A stretch of 64,000 nt of DNA, from the NCBI RefSeq assembly GCF_006345805.1, contig NC_043003.1:25482001-25546000 (forward strand). Direction: 5' to 3'. This stretch comes from Octopus sinensis. Its lineage: Eukaryota. The position numbers and the translations under genes were made by a program. Shown piece by piece: positions 51,191-64,000 of the stretch; within the stretch, counting starts at the first letter, position 1, and each line of letters starts with the position of its first letter. The notes beneath the pieces were generated by a model that worked only from the letters and a program-made list of their open reading frames with translations, did no database searches and was not told the origin of the DNA.

Positions 51191-51905
51191 CAGGCGCCAA
51201 CTTTTTTCACACCAGGCCAGATAACTGCGAGAATGATGAGCACAGACCGCATAACAGTTTTGTTCAATACAATACAGTGATTACAAAAAAAAAAAAACCC
51301 AACATATCTATATACCAAAAGGTTATCAAAGAAAGTGACATTAACAATAAGATAGTTACATCACACCCAATGCACACATATCTGAATCTCACAAACTAAA
51401 GAGCAAAAAAGGTTAGTGCGATTTGTGAAACTGGTGTTTAGCTTTATAAAAAAAAAACAAAAAAAAAACGCTTATTTCAATCACAAATAATCTTCGGAAA
51501 CTCAAGGTTGACATCTGCAATTCCAGTGCGAAACTCTTTGAGACACCAAAAATGAGTTTCCTCCTGGTTGTGCTTCAAACAATGATAGCTTTCTCTGAAA
51601 TTATTTGATGATTTTGTAGATCACAAATAACGTTATCCTTTCCCTGAAAGTTCCAAGTTCAATTCAGTCATGTGAGACATGATGACAACTAAAAATGACA
51701 ACCATGAGAGTCAGGTAGAATCTGACCAGAAGTGGATCAGCTCTATCCTTTACGGTGAGAAAAATATCTATTTCTCTTCAGAGCTTATAAAAACGAAACA
51801 AAACTTTACTGCAGCTGAACCACCTCACTGTTGTGTGATAGTAAGCCACAGAGTTCAGAATTAATTTCAAGACAAGTCTGGAACTGTCGGTGATTAAGTG
51901 CACGA
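51191..51905 (-). mobile_element. Decayed hAT (Charlie/SPIN, GTF2IRD2/ZBED5-like) transposase 3' part with terminal repeat
   Basis: Minus-strand peptides LNHRQFQ, YHTTVRWFSCSKVLFRFYKL (51781-51840), QGKDNVICDL, FQRKLSLFEAQ (51568-51600) and HFWCLKEF, broken by frameshifts. Charlie-like end caggcgccaacttttt at 51191. Confidence 0.85.
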
Positions 51906-52474
51906 GCCTAAATGAAATTTACTGCAGAAACAACTGGTTTCATTACTCAAGAAATATCTTGTCTTTCCCACAGAGTGCTTGCTGATGTATATACAATATG
52001 AGTGGAAGGTTATATCTGTGTTGACATTTCAAGAGGTACTGTCAGATATGCCCAATATTTCTTCCAATCATAAACTTGAGCAGATACATGATCAAAAGTA
52101 TTCCAGCCGTGACCATCTCATCTTTTAAAGGTGTTCTCCAATGTGTTCTCTTTAGGACTGTAAAATGTAATTTGGAAATTTGGCCTTATTTTTAGTAGGC
52201 CGAACACTCACATATATTCTCCCTCACTATTTCACCATACAGCCAAAATCTGTACTGAAGAAGATGAAACCATTGCCCAAATTTCATACTTGCAAGAGAC
52301 TAACAAGGATAAGGAAACTCAAGAAATAATAAGTTAATGAGCCTCTATATGATTGGTTAACATCCTAGAAACAGCCACCAAACCACCTTCAAATAACAAT
52401 CACTACCTTAAAACTGAAAAAATACAGATATATAGTATATACCTAGAAAAAATATACAATGGTTGCAGTTGGAA

Positions 52475-52510
<36 letters not shown>

Positions 52511-52919
52511 CATACATACACACACAAGATTATGGCTGACCTATACAGCAGCAGTAACATTAAACTATTTTTATGGCTCAATGAGAAAGGCAGCAAAGAA
52601 AAGAAGCTTAACTTAACCAACAAGGATGCTTCTAAAAGTTGTTGAACCTGTTAGAAATAGTAGCAAAGTTTTACACAATTCCCATCATTTTCTCATAATG
52701 GACATTACATAATATGTTCCAAGATACACTGTTCCACAATTGAAAATACAAAAAAAGATAGCATGATTATAGCTGGAATGCCTCTTGGTCATCTGTCCAT
52801 TAGATCAGAGCTGATACAGAGGTTAAAATAACATTTGAAAGTAATTAAGAAACCTCTGGGTGGTCGCTCAATTCAACAGAAATAGCTGCCAAATCTTTCT
52901 CAAATGAAACCTCACAATC

Positions 52920-53031
52920 TTACTCCTTTAGCATTCAGATTACTTTGTCAAATCTAATGTTTATTTACATTATTTTGAATTTATTCATATATTTGAGCCA
53001 GATATGGCTGGTTGAAATGCCAAAGCGCTAA
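52920..53031 (+). mobile_element. MITE family 1, internally deleted
   Basis: ttactcctttagcattcagatt ... gatatggctggttgaaatgccaaagcgctaa. Confidence 0.7.
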
Positions 53032-56000
53032 ACTAAGGACACAATGGATAAAGTTGTTTTGGGTATCCTTAAAAAGACAGCATGGTTATGGCTGGAATGC
53101 ATAAGTCTGCTCCTTCTGAGACTACAAAAGCATTTGAAAGAAAGTAATTCAGAACAGAGTATTGCGTCACAAAAATTTGTTTTGTTTTCTATTAATTCAA
53201 ACCAATTAACAAATGTAAATGATGTCTGTATAATATGCGACAACTTTCATAACCTTTGGGAATATGTGGATGTCAATCAAGCTGGAAACAGAAATAAGTT
53301 CAGAAACAAACAAACAAAACTAGCTAAATGTCAAATTACTGATTAACTAATGACTACTAAATAATAAGCAGCTAACTAAAACCAAACTTGAATAGCCAGG
53401 TAAACGAGCCACTAATTTTTATGCAAATGTAACGCTCACCTGAATTTATGATAATGAGACATTATTTAGGCTACACATTTGAAGACTGGTAGGTGATTTT
53501 TAATTACAGTTACTTATTATATTATACAACAGTCAAAAAAGATATAGCTCAAGTAAAACCAGGAAGATCAAGATTTCATTCAACTGAAATATATAAAATA
53601 TGTTTAACATGCCAAATGTGCCTATCCTGTACCCCCAAATTAACCTTATTTTTCCATTTAAAACCTAAATGATAAATGAAAATTATTGAACGTCTTTTCT
53701 TTTTACGAAAGACATTTTCCCACATTGATAGAAAAGAGCTTACAGCTGAAAGCCAGAGAAAAGTGAAGATTATATAACTATGGGAATGTGCCTAAAATAG
53801 TTTCTAACAATATGAGGACTAGAGAAATAAAGTACAAGATTTCGTTCTTTTCAGATGAATTACAGAAAAAAGTTATTTTCTCAAAACAATGAAGAAAATG
53901 AAAGGACACAGTTATTAAACTGAAGATGGTATTATTGTAAGTAAAAGGTTCATTACAGACTTCTTTAAAATTTATGAACACAAATAGGATTATATTTTGA
54001 TCAATGGTGCTGAAAACACCAAATTAGAGGGTATAAAGACTCTGTAGGTTATTCTGTATTGTCAGAACAGATTTCTCCATCATTGTGGGTCAGCTTTCCC
54101 TGCATGTATTCTTGTTCAGAGTTACTGACATCCTAGACAGGTCAAATGACCATGCTGCTGAAGCATTCTATTTTGACAGGGTTTCTAATGCTGGGTGCCC
54201 AGCCATTTAAAGTGTATATGATGCAGTTTGTTGAGGAACCAACTAGTGAGGAAATCATTTTCTTGACTAGAAATAAAGGGCCCACTATATTGTCAATTTG
54301 TTCACCATCCATTTTAGAGTGGATTAGCACATTTTACCTTCACAGCAATACTAATGAGGTTGCCTTGTACTCCACAATCATACAGCCCTCACTGCTGAGT
54401 GTCATATCCATTTATTAAATGCAGTATGCTCAAGAGAGAATGAATAACAAGGTGAGTGGGGGAAAAAACAAAACTTCAATATGAGAAGAGAGACAGAGCA
54501 GACAGTGGTTAATGGAGAGACGGTAGTAGAGTAGTGTACTAGACAAAAGGTAGTGGCAGTAGCTACATGTTTATAATGATTTAACCACAAGGCAAAGGCA
54601 ACACAACTGAGAGACATAATTACATAATGGTGGTAAAATTTGGTTATTTTTTCAAACACAAATCCCCAACATTTATTTGGAAGGGTGAAAGATAATGTTG
54701 AATATCTGACCCCTAAGTACAGCCATACTAATCTATATTGTTTTAAGAAACCAAAGTAATATCACTACAAATCATAAAAATTTTTTTCACTGTTAGCAAT
54801 GTCTATTTTTTTTTTTCATGTTTATACTTTTATTACAAGGGTGTTTACTGAAAATGGTGCTTTGCACTATTTGAATATGTCAGTAATGTAACTGTTTGAA
54901 ACTGTAATAAGTAAAATAATTACTTCCAAATAATGGAGCATGTAAAATATAACCACACCCCTTGAGTATGCTAACATGAATTGCCATTGGATGCAATAGC
55001 CAGTTTTGACTTACAACAGGCATATAAAGTGTATAAATTGTTCTCTCAGTACAACCATCTTAGAAATATTCATTTTCACAGGTAGGTTATTTTATTTTTA
55101 AAATTTCTCATTTACACTCGACTATAATGCTACCTCAATCCTGATTTTCTCACATTGTACACAAGCAAATATATCATCATGGCTCTTATTATTGAGGTGG
55201 GCTAGACATGGCTGCACAGCTAAGAAATTATATTTGCAACTATGTGATTTTAGAGTCAATCCTATTGCACACCACCGTGGGCAAGTGTTATCTAACTAAA
55301 GCTTTGTGAATGAACGAAATTTAGGAGACAGAAACTGAGTGGAAGTCCATCAGAAGAACTGTTCCTTTTGTGTGGTAGAATTAACCCATTACTCTGTATA
55401 TTTAACAGTACTACACAGCCCTTGGGTGCCTTTAGTATGGTTTCATTATTACAAGAATTTGAATCTGCTCTGAAGACAACTTCTACCTTCACTCAATCTC
55501 AGGGGCTGTGCAAAATGTTATCTACACAGCCCTTCCTTCTTCAACTGAGATATATTAAGAAAATAATATCTGAAAATGGAGACATATTTTATTTCACTGA
55601 TGATTGTAAAAAACTAAGGTAGTAATACACAAGTGAAAATTATCATTGAGCCAATATAAAGAAGAATCTTGTAAGTTGTATATGGCTGCTTAACACCAAT
55701 ACACTGCTAAAAGAAAGCTAGACATTAAAAAGGATATCTAACAACAGATTTTAATGACTGATGTACCTGGAATATCTAGGTCAATCACAACAATTCACCT
55801 CAAAACCCAAGGAGCACGACATTGGCAAGTTTACACAAGAATTGACACGAATGTTCCTGGAGAAAGTACACAATCTTGTTTGCTTATTGTTTAAAAAAAA
55901 AATAATCAAAATACTCGATCTTATAATTTACTCAACTACAAAATATGTCTCAATATCACCATGACCCTCAAAATCATAGAAGCATCCAATCAGGAATAAT

Positions 56001-59000
56001 TAGTGGGGGAGAAGCAAAAAACTACCAGACCATCACAGATATGGATGTATATATGTCATTTGTGAAGTTTTTGTTGCTATAGGTTGCTGCTTCTATTCAA
56101 AATAATGATTTTCAACTCTGGCCCAATGCCACAGGTTTCATGTGGAGGGGGCCATCCCCATAATCAATCAATCAATCAATATCTGACAGGCATTTTGACC
56201 ACAAAAAAAAAAGTTGATACTGGCATGATTTTGGCTCAGAACACAAAGAACTGTAACTAAATGATTTCTATCTAAAGTACAATGGTACAAACGCAGAAGG
56301 ATGGGATTAATTAAAGTGACCCCAGTAGAAATCAATAATGCAAGGTACTTCATCTGACATTACTGCCATTCACAGGCCTTCTTGTAATAACAATGATTTC
56401 TAGCATAAAAAAGACCATGAATTATGGTGGAACACATAATGACTACAGTATATAACTGGTACATATTTTACCAAATTCAGAAGGATCAAAAACAAAGACA
56501 ACTCCAATTGTCTTTAAATCCAGAAATGTAACTTAATCCTGTGAGGCATTTTCTCCTACCGATTCTGCTGTTAAATAGTTTTTAATCTAAATGGTACAAA
56601 ACTTCCAAATTCTATAAAACTGTACAACTCCTTGGCAAATGGTTCAAACATTAACATTTTAGCATCTCTAACCTGAGTATACATCACTGTTGCCAACAGC
56701 ATATACCTGTGGTGTAATGTACTAACTATAAGCTTAGTTTATTTTATATCAATGTTGGTGAGACTGAGCCAGCATGTTAGTATTAATATAAATGGGGGTG
56801 GATGGAGTGAGCTGTTTCGCATAGAAAATAATTACAGGTCTCAAGTTATTTAAATATTTTAAAACTACTAACTTTGTTTCCCCAACATATTCTAAAATGA
56901 GAACCTACACATGGTTGCGTGATCTGCCAGTAACAGTAGTCAAATCAATATCAAATCGTATCCTACTATCTAATAAGAAATAAATTTGATAATATATTTC
57001 AAGATACAATATAAGAGGTAAAAACAAAAAAAACAAGGGGTGCTGATGATAGTTCATGGCTGAAACACTTCCTTTCATTTTAGCACTCAGCTACACAGCT
57101 TCAATTTTTTTCTTAGCTAATCCTCTTCAGGTCCTATATTCCTGCAATTAAGAGGTCTTGCCTGTATTATTAGAACTCAGAACTATTCTATTAAATTAAC
57201 AGTCTCAATGCACTTGCTACATACGGCTTGTGGGTTAGGGCAGCGAAGCCTGGCATTTGAATTATAATATAGCTACGTTTTAACCCAAAACAAGGGCAAT
57301 GCTCCCAAAGTTATTTAAGAACAGGTGTAGGTGCGACTGAGAAACTTGCTTCCTAACCATGTGGTTTCAGTTTCAGTCCCACTGTGTGGTACACCGGACA
57401 AGCGTCTTTTACTATAACTATGAGCTTGTGAGTGAAACTGAAAGGAAGCTGTTGCGTGTAACATTGTCTTGATATCATGTGATAGTTGTAAACAAGCACC
57501 ACTGCCTGTGAAAAACATGTCTGACCATGGAAAAATATTGGTTTCAAATTTTAGCACAAAGCCAGCAATTTCAGAGAAAGGAGTTAAGTCAATTATATCA
57601 ACCCCAATGTACAATTGGTACTTATTTTATTGACCCTGAAAGGATGAAAGGCAAAGACAACTTTGGCAGAATTTGAAACCATGGAGAAATACTATCTTGC
57701 TTGAAAACAGGCAAAGATTGGCAACAGGAAGGGAATTCAGCCATAGAAAATCTACCCTAACAAATTTCTCTCTGACCCATGGAAAAGTGGATGTTGAACG
57801 ATGATGAGGCAATTGAAAACATATAGAACAAAGAAAACGAGTGGGAGGGTGATAAATAAAATTATTTCACTAAAAGATCTTGTGAAAAATTCAGGTAACT
57901 CGACTGTTTTACAAGATAGCACAATGCTTCAAGCTTTAGACATTTTCCACTCAGCTTGCACCACTTAACTTTCATCTTTATCACTTCATCAATTAATAAC
58001 TACCAGTAATACTCTGATATCATGCTCACTGCTATTAGGAAGATTTTCTTATACGAAAATATATTAGTTACTGTTATATTCCTACCACATCCCATCATTC
58101 ATTACAGGTAGATAGCAAGTAATGATTTTTTTTCACACGAAACTAGATTTATAGAGAGAGAGAGAGACAGAGATGTTAAAGACATCACCAATCTAAGTGA
58201 AGAATCAGTTCAAGAATTAGGACTCAAAAACTGGGTTGTGTCTATAGTTTGCTGGCAGCTTACTTCTGCACTAAGGTAAGTAGTTGCTACTAAGTTGTAC
58301 AGCAATGAGTTGATGCTGCTTTACTTTTATTAGCAAATAAGTGACAACTGGTTTATAAACTGACAACCTCAACATATTTAATATACATCCTCCCACTACA
58401 CTGGAGGTATCTGAAGAAGAAAACAAACTAGTATGTGAATGACAAAATCCTAGAGTGTTGCTCACAAAGAATTAAACTTACTGTTTGTCAAATGAAGATG
58501 ACTAATTAATTAGTTGCAAATTCAGTGAAGTATCATAACACCATGGACACAAGCCATGGAGCAGGTAGGTAGAGTAAAGAATCAAACATCTATAACCTTT
58601 GTTGTTGAATGATAAAAATGTAACACTCAGCATGTATTAAGCAGTTGCTGTATAACCCCAGGCCTGAAGTGAGCAGACCTATGATCAAAAGGATTGCTGT
58701 TGTGACTTGTCTTTTTCACAGACAGTTCAATTATGGCCACATTTTCCAATTTATTTTAAGAACAGAGTGTGGTATGAGAGAGATTTGGCTGCTATTTCAA
58801 GTCCATCATGCAACCTTGTAGAGACTTCCTCACTGACTTGGGAAATGGTCATAAATGAAGACATCCCTCAAAAACATAAGTTATGTCTTATCTTTTTTTT
58901 TTGTTTGTCACTGGACTGTGGTCATGCTGGGGCACTACCTCGAAGGGTTTGATTGAACAAATCAACAGTGCTTACTTAATACTGGTACGTATCCTATCTG

Positions 59001-60988
59001 CCTATTTTGGCAAACTGCTAAGTTACAGGGATGTAAACAAACCTAATCGGCGAGGAGGCACATACACACAGACTTCCAAACCAAATCCATTTTCAAAATA
59101 TTTGTCAGATTGAGCCGATAATAGGTGCTTGACAAAAGGTGCCACACCCTAAGACCAAACAGAACCATACAGTTGTAAACCAAGCTCCTTAACCACACAA
59201 CCACGCCTGTATGGAAAATTCATTTCTTATATATAAGAACAATCAATGGCAAACAACCTGTAAATTTACACAGTTGTTATATTTCTGGTTTGATCAGAAG
59301 AAATATTCAGATTTTCAAATGCAATCTCAGAAAATATGGGGGAAGAAAATAGAAACAACAGTCACAATTCAGAGAGGAACTGACAAAGAACAAGAGGCTC
59401 AACATGCAGGTGAAACTAAAATCAAAAGATGGTGCTGGAAATTCAAATTTTAAACACCACTGTTTAGTTTTTGCATTATTTTTGCAACTAACTATAAATA
59501 TAGGTCAATTTTATTGATTTGCTTAAGTTTAATCTTTAAATCTGCAGTATAGTTATCCTCTTCCAAAGTAAACAGATTCACCAGATGAGCCAATTGAAGG
59601 GATCCAATCAGCTATTCATGGCCCAATCACCTTCAAATAACACTACCATCTTAATAGAGGATACATTAGATATCATAGTTCTAGATACTACTGTGTTTGA
59701 ACAAAGAGTGGTTTACAGCTGGTATGCATTTGATCACAAATCTCTCAGATCAAAGCCAAACAACATTATCGGATGTATCCGCAAATTTAGATCCCCTCAT
59801 TGGTGGTGTTTCTGAATGGAGAACACAGCTTCATTATCTAAAGCCAGATAACTAATCTAAGCAGAAAGTGAGACATACTTCAGTGCTCAGATCAAATGTG
59901 ATTATTTAAATTAGATATATACTTACTAACAATTTTAAGTCAACTGTTTAGCTCCAGGTCAGCTCTAAATGAGCAGGACTATGATCAAAAGCATTGAAGT
60001 CACGACCATATGATCTGCATATGTATATAACGAATTACTAGATTGACCAATGTATTCATCTTCATTTAAAACAGTAGAGTGATGTGAAGGAGGTTTGACT
60101 ACTATTTCTTAAACAGATCAATACCATATAGATAGGTCCTTTATGTAGATCATCTAAATCAATGTGTGTGTGGGGTGGTGGTGCTCTCTTTTCATTTGCA
60201 GGAGAACAGTTCTCTGAAAATGCCTGACAGATTATTAATGCCAAGTGTGACAATTGTATATTGTTATTTGAAAAATTTAACCACATACTAACAAAGAGAG
60301 ATGTCCTATTACAAAGATAGCATTCAGATGTCATTTGACAGAGAATCAAGATATATAATGCAATCATTGAATAGATTCAGACATCCAAGTCGCAATATGA
60401 ATAGCTTACAAAACAGCAGATTTTACAGAGTAGGTTTGAAGGTAATGTGTCAATTATGATTCCTTTTAACAAAATTCCAAAACATGCCAAATACCAAAAT
60501 AAAAACATTGCATCAGACCCAATTTTCACTTCTACTTTGGTATAAAAAACACAAAATTTAAGAAATACTGCAAAGGCAAGCGCCTAAAAGGCCACTTATA
60601 TAGTAGTTTGGAAACACTGAAACGATGTATTTATCAATAACTCTTTCTCTTCTCAAAGTCCTAAGAAAACATAAGGATTTCAACAGCATTAAATATGTTT
60701 CTTACCACTAATTACACAGAGTGGTTCTAAATAGTGATCAAGAAAAAAAATTTTTTTGACTTTACAACTGTCCACTGACAGGATTTGGACAAGTATCTAT
60801 AGATTACCAGATGATATAGGTAATTATAAAGTCTAATAAAATCTTAGTAATTAATTTATAACATGCTTTTGTTAAATGGATACACAACAAACACACTCAT
60901 GGATGAGAAATGGGATAAGAATGAGATGAATAAAGGAACACATTTTAGAACTGGTTAAAAGCACCACGACAATGTTTAGTTTTTTACA

Positions 60989-61200
60989 TTAACTCTTTAG
61001 CATACAGACTTTGTCAAATCTATTACTTATATGTTCACATTGTTTTGAATTAATCATGCATTATCTTGTAGCTTCAAGATTTCAATGGTGTTTTTGTATA
61101 TTTTTAGATGACATTCTAAGGTAGTTGCAAGAAGCCATACATTTGGCCAGTTTCAACATAAAACAGATAAGAATAGTAGGGTAGGATTTGGCCAGATTAA
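60989..61200 (+). mobile_element. MITE family 1
   Basis: ttaactctttagcatacagactttgtcaaat ... ggccagtttcaacataaaacag. Confidence 0.78.
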
Positions 61201-61565
61201 ATAATGTCAACATTTCTTATCTAGGAAATTTAGAAAACAAAAGGGCTTTAAGCAGGCAAGCAAAACAAGGAAGAGACACAGGAGTTACAGTGAATAAGAA
61301 GATATGACAAAACTAAGTAAACAGAACATCAAGGATGTTACAAATTATGGGAGACTTCGAAAGGAAACCTGGTTAGATTAATCAATAGATCATAAGATTC
61401 ACTCCTGACAAAGTAACAAAACTGACCAGTTTGCTTGGTAAAAACTTTTAAAAATTAATTTTTATATTTGAGTTTATAGCATTAAAGAAGTACCCAGCCA
61501 CAAAAGATATTACAACGGAAAACATGCTAGCACTAATCAAGGGAGCCTAAGCTATTGCATATGAG

Positions 61566-61653
61566 AAATAACAGCCTTGTTTCTCTCCATGTATACACTA
61601 CCAAAAGGAAAGTAACAGCCTTGTTTCTCTCCATGTATACCCTTCCAAAAGGA
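61566..61653. repeat. 44-bp direct tandem duplication
   Basis: taacagccttgtttctctccatgtatac...ccaaaagga occurs at 61569 and again at 61613. Confidence 0.9.
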
Positions 61654-61739
61654 AGGATGCAGTGAGTAATATAGTTACTGTACTTGAGAAGACATCAAAC
61701 TAAATAAAATCGCAGTCATCCATACAGGCTTGTCCTTCA

Positions 61740-61975
61740 CAGGTGCCGGTGTCACGTAAAATGCATATATGCCAGTGTTGGATAAATGCATCCATGGGTG
61801 GCACGTAAAAGCCCGCAGCATACACTGTAAAGTGGTGGTTGTTATGGAAGGCATCCAGCCATAGAAACCATGCCACAACAGATAATCGGAATCTGGACAG
61901 CTCCCCAGTCGGCCAGTTCCCCGTCAAACCACCCAACTGATGCCAGCATACAAAACAGATGTTAAATGATGACTA
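61740..61975 (-). mobile_element. Interspersed retroposon, same family as 17972-18150, inverted
   Basis: Shares gaaggcatccagccatagaaaccatgcc and ccagcata...gttaaatgatga. Confidence 0.78.
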
Positions 61976-63014
61976 TAATGATTGGAAAGAGATAAGTTGC
62001 CTGATAGGTACAGGTGTGACTATGTGGTTGAGAAACCTGTTTCCTAACTACGTGGTCTTAGCTTCAATCCCAGTATAGCCCTGGGTCAATCAAAGCCTTG
62101 TGAGTGAATTTGATAGATGGAAACTGAAAGAAGCTTGTTGTGTCTGTTTGTGCTTGTCACATCTTGTGACAATTGAAAATGAGCAACTCCAATATACAGG
62201 TAATGTTATTTGCTTCTAATTTTTCATGGAAAACATGTCTAAGCATGGGAAACATTATCTTGCTTGGAAATAGGTGAAGGCTGGCAACAGAAAGAGCATC
62301 CAGGGTAGAAAATCTACCTTGACAAATCCCACCTAACCAGTGCAATCATGGAAAAGTGAACATTAAATAATGGTGGTTATGGCTGCAACACCTTTGATTA
62401 GGTCACCAAGCAACACAATGGACGCTATTTCAACATATCCATTATTTCAATACCAAGTAACAAATCATTAAAAGAAAACACAATTTATTTCATTAAAAGA
62501 AATTGTGTTTTCTTTAATATCAAATAAAATGCCTGGCAGAGAAAAATACCAAAATAAGGAGTATCTGGAATCCAGAATCTATCCAGCCTAGTTTACACTC
62601 CATCAGAGACAGCTGTAGAAAAAACACCCAAGCCTTTTATAAGCTGTTCAATATTTAGTGAATTATCACCTTCTTGACACCAACCCAACAGAAGTTGTCT
62701 CTTATTTATACAAAGCCTGTTTTGTAGTAGTCATACTTGATTTAAAACCTTCCAACACCATTTTAACAAGAACCTTTGTAAGTTAATAAACCCTCCAAAT
62801 TCTTATTTCCAAAACAAATGAAAACATGAAAAGCAGGATGATCCTAAGTGGAACATTGTTGATCATAGGTCTGTTTAATCACAGCTGACTCTAGGACTTG
62901 ACAAAAGATTACCTAAAAAATTTAATCAGGAAAAAAATAAATAATAAATAAAGCCATGAAACCAAACTTGGAACAACAAAAATATAGTAAAAGTAAAATG
63001 AAACTGAAGCATAC

Positions 63015-63035
63015 CTTGAACTTTCGTCACAGTTT
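63015..63035 (-). CDS. LARP1: LARP1 exon 1 of window: 21-nt microexon, (E)TVTKVQ, phase 1 to 1
   Basis: Minus strand reads ctctttttctatctatttttag|AAACTGTGACGAAAGTTCAAG|gtatgc, preceded by a 78-nt AG-free zone. It is open in the phase required by the next exon. Confidence 0.7.
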
Positions 63036-64000
63036 CTAAAAATAGATAGAAAAAGAGATTTTGTAAAATACAAACAAAATAAAGCAATAGTTTAATTTAT
63101 ATGTAAACAATGAAGCTAAAATCAACATTAAATTCTAGCTCCATATTTGTTGCTATATAGTTTTCATGACCATAATGTACATGGACATCAAGTTTAAAGC
63201 TCAATGGTCATGGTTTTTACTTGCTCCTACCTGTTGACATAATTGAAACATTTTGAAGTGAAATGGTTGGCATCAAGAAAGGGCACATACAGATAATGAA
63301 AACACTGGTGACTACTATCATACAGGAGATTATACTTTGAGAGTCTTTTCAGAAACTAGATGGCTGAACTTTAAAACCTTGTTAGAAGCATTGTTATATT
63401 TCTAGGCATACAACTACTTGTCTTAAAGAAAAATATCACTTTATACATCAAAGTTGAGACTTATGTGTAAATCATACTAAAACCAACAAGCGCTTGTGAA
63501 ATTAAATAGTTACAAGCATATAGAAAAGTATTTCAACTTCCTGTAAAATGCAAAACTATATTGCATTATTTCAAATTCACTAATGAGGAGGTACAACTAC
63601 TATATTTAACTTATGGAAAGTTCTAAGTGGCCCTTTATACCAAAAACCAGGTTAACAGGATCCGATCAAGTCACTCCTACTGCATTGTTCAAATGTTTTA
63701 AGTGCTACTGAAAAAGAATGTTGTCATACACAAACCCCTAATACAAACAACTTGCAAATGACAACTAACTTTTTTAGAGAAAGCTTTTATTCAGTGACCT
63801 GATCCAGTAGGAATAGCTAAATCTCATTCAAACAACACCCTATTTTAGAGAGGACATTCGATAAAATAGTCCCTATAGACATGACAGTCACAACTGGAAT
63901 CACTTTCATCACAGTCCCGTTTATCAAGATTGACCTGGAGATAAAGAAAAACAAAATTTAAATAACAAACAAGACACAAGAAGTGATGCTGAGGCTCCTG

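Larger units (their letters stand above)
3030..63035 (-). other. LARP1: LARP1 gene body, 5'-incomplete (20 coding exons plus probable spliced 3' UTR)
   Basis: Twenty exons with GT-AG boundaries join in one reading frame. The product contains the La motif, PAM2 and DM15 repeats, the diagnostic LARP1-family architecture. The left boundary is an inferred poly(A) site. Confidence 0.95.

Noticed and set aside
61566-61653. Direct repeat as a CRISPR-like or regulatory array
   Set aside because: Only two adjacent copies with no spacer, in eukaryotic intron context; a simple tandem duplication.

Overview
AT-rich, repeat-dense eukaryotic genomic DNA. The SINE/MITE families and microsatellite load look like those of Octopus (inference). 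The only protein-coding gene I can support is a minus-strand LARP1 (La-related protein 1) ortholog. I reconstructed 20 coding exons from 63035 down to the stop at 10832. All introns are GT-AG with compatible phases, and the exons total 2654 nt (about 883 codons); the start codon lies beyond the right edge of the window. The protein carries the NWP motif, KWVPL motif, RG repeats, La motif, PAM2 and the C-terminal DM15 cap/TOP-binding domain. A 21-nt microexon sits 26 kb upstream of the next exon. The 3' end looks spliced: UTR-like blocks at 9415-10831, 7702-8460 and about 3030-4474 each border plausible splice sites. The introns hold a decayed mariner, an internally deleted piggyBac, a decayed hAT transposase, an RTE tail, a possible Helitron remnant, two TTAA-type MITE families, tRNA-derived SINEs, an 826-bp foldback element with CCCTAA motifs and a 200-bp hairpin element. 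Apart from LARP1 exons, the ORF-track ORFs are noise from repeats or microsatellites. I found no RNA genes or CRISPR arrays.
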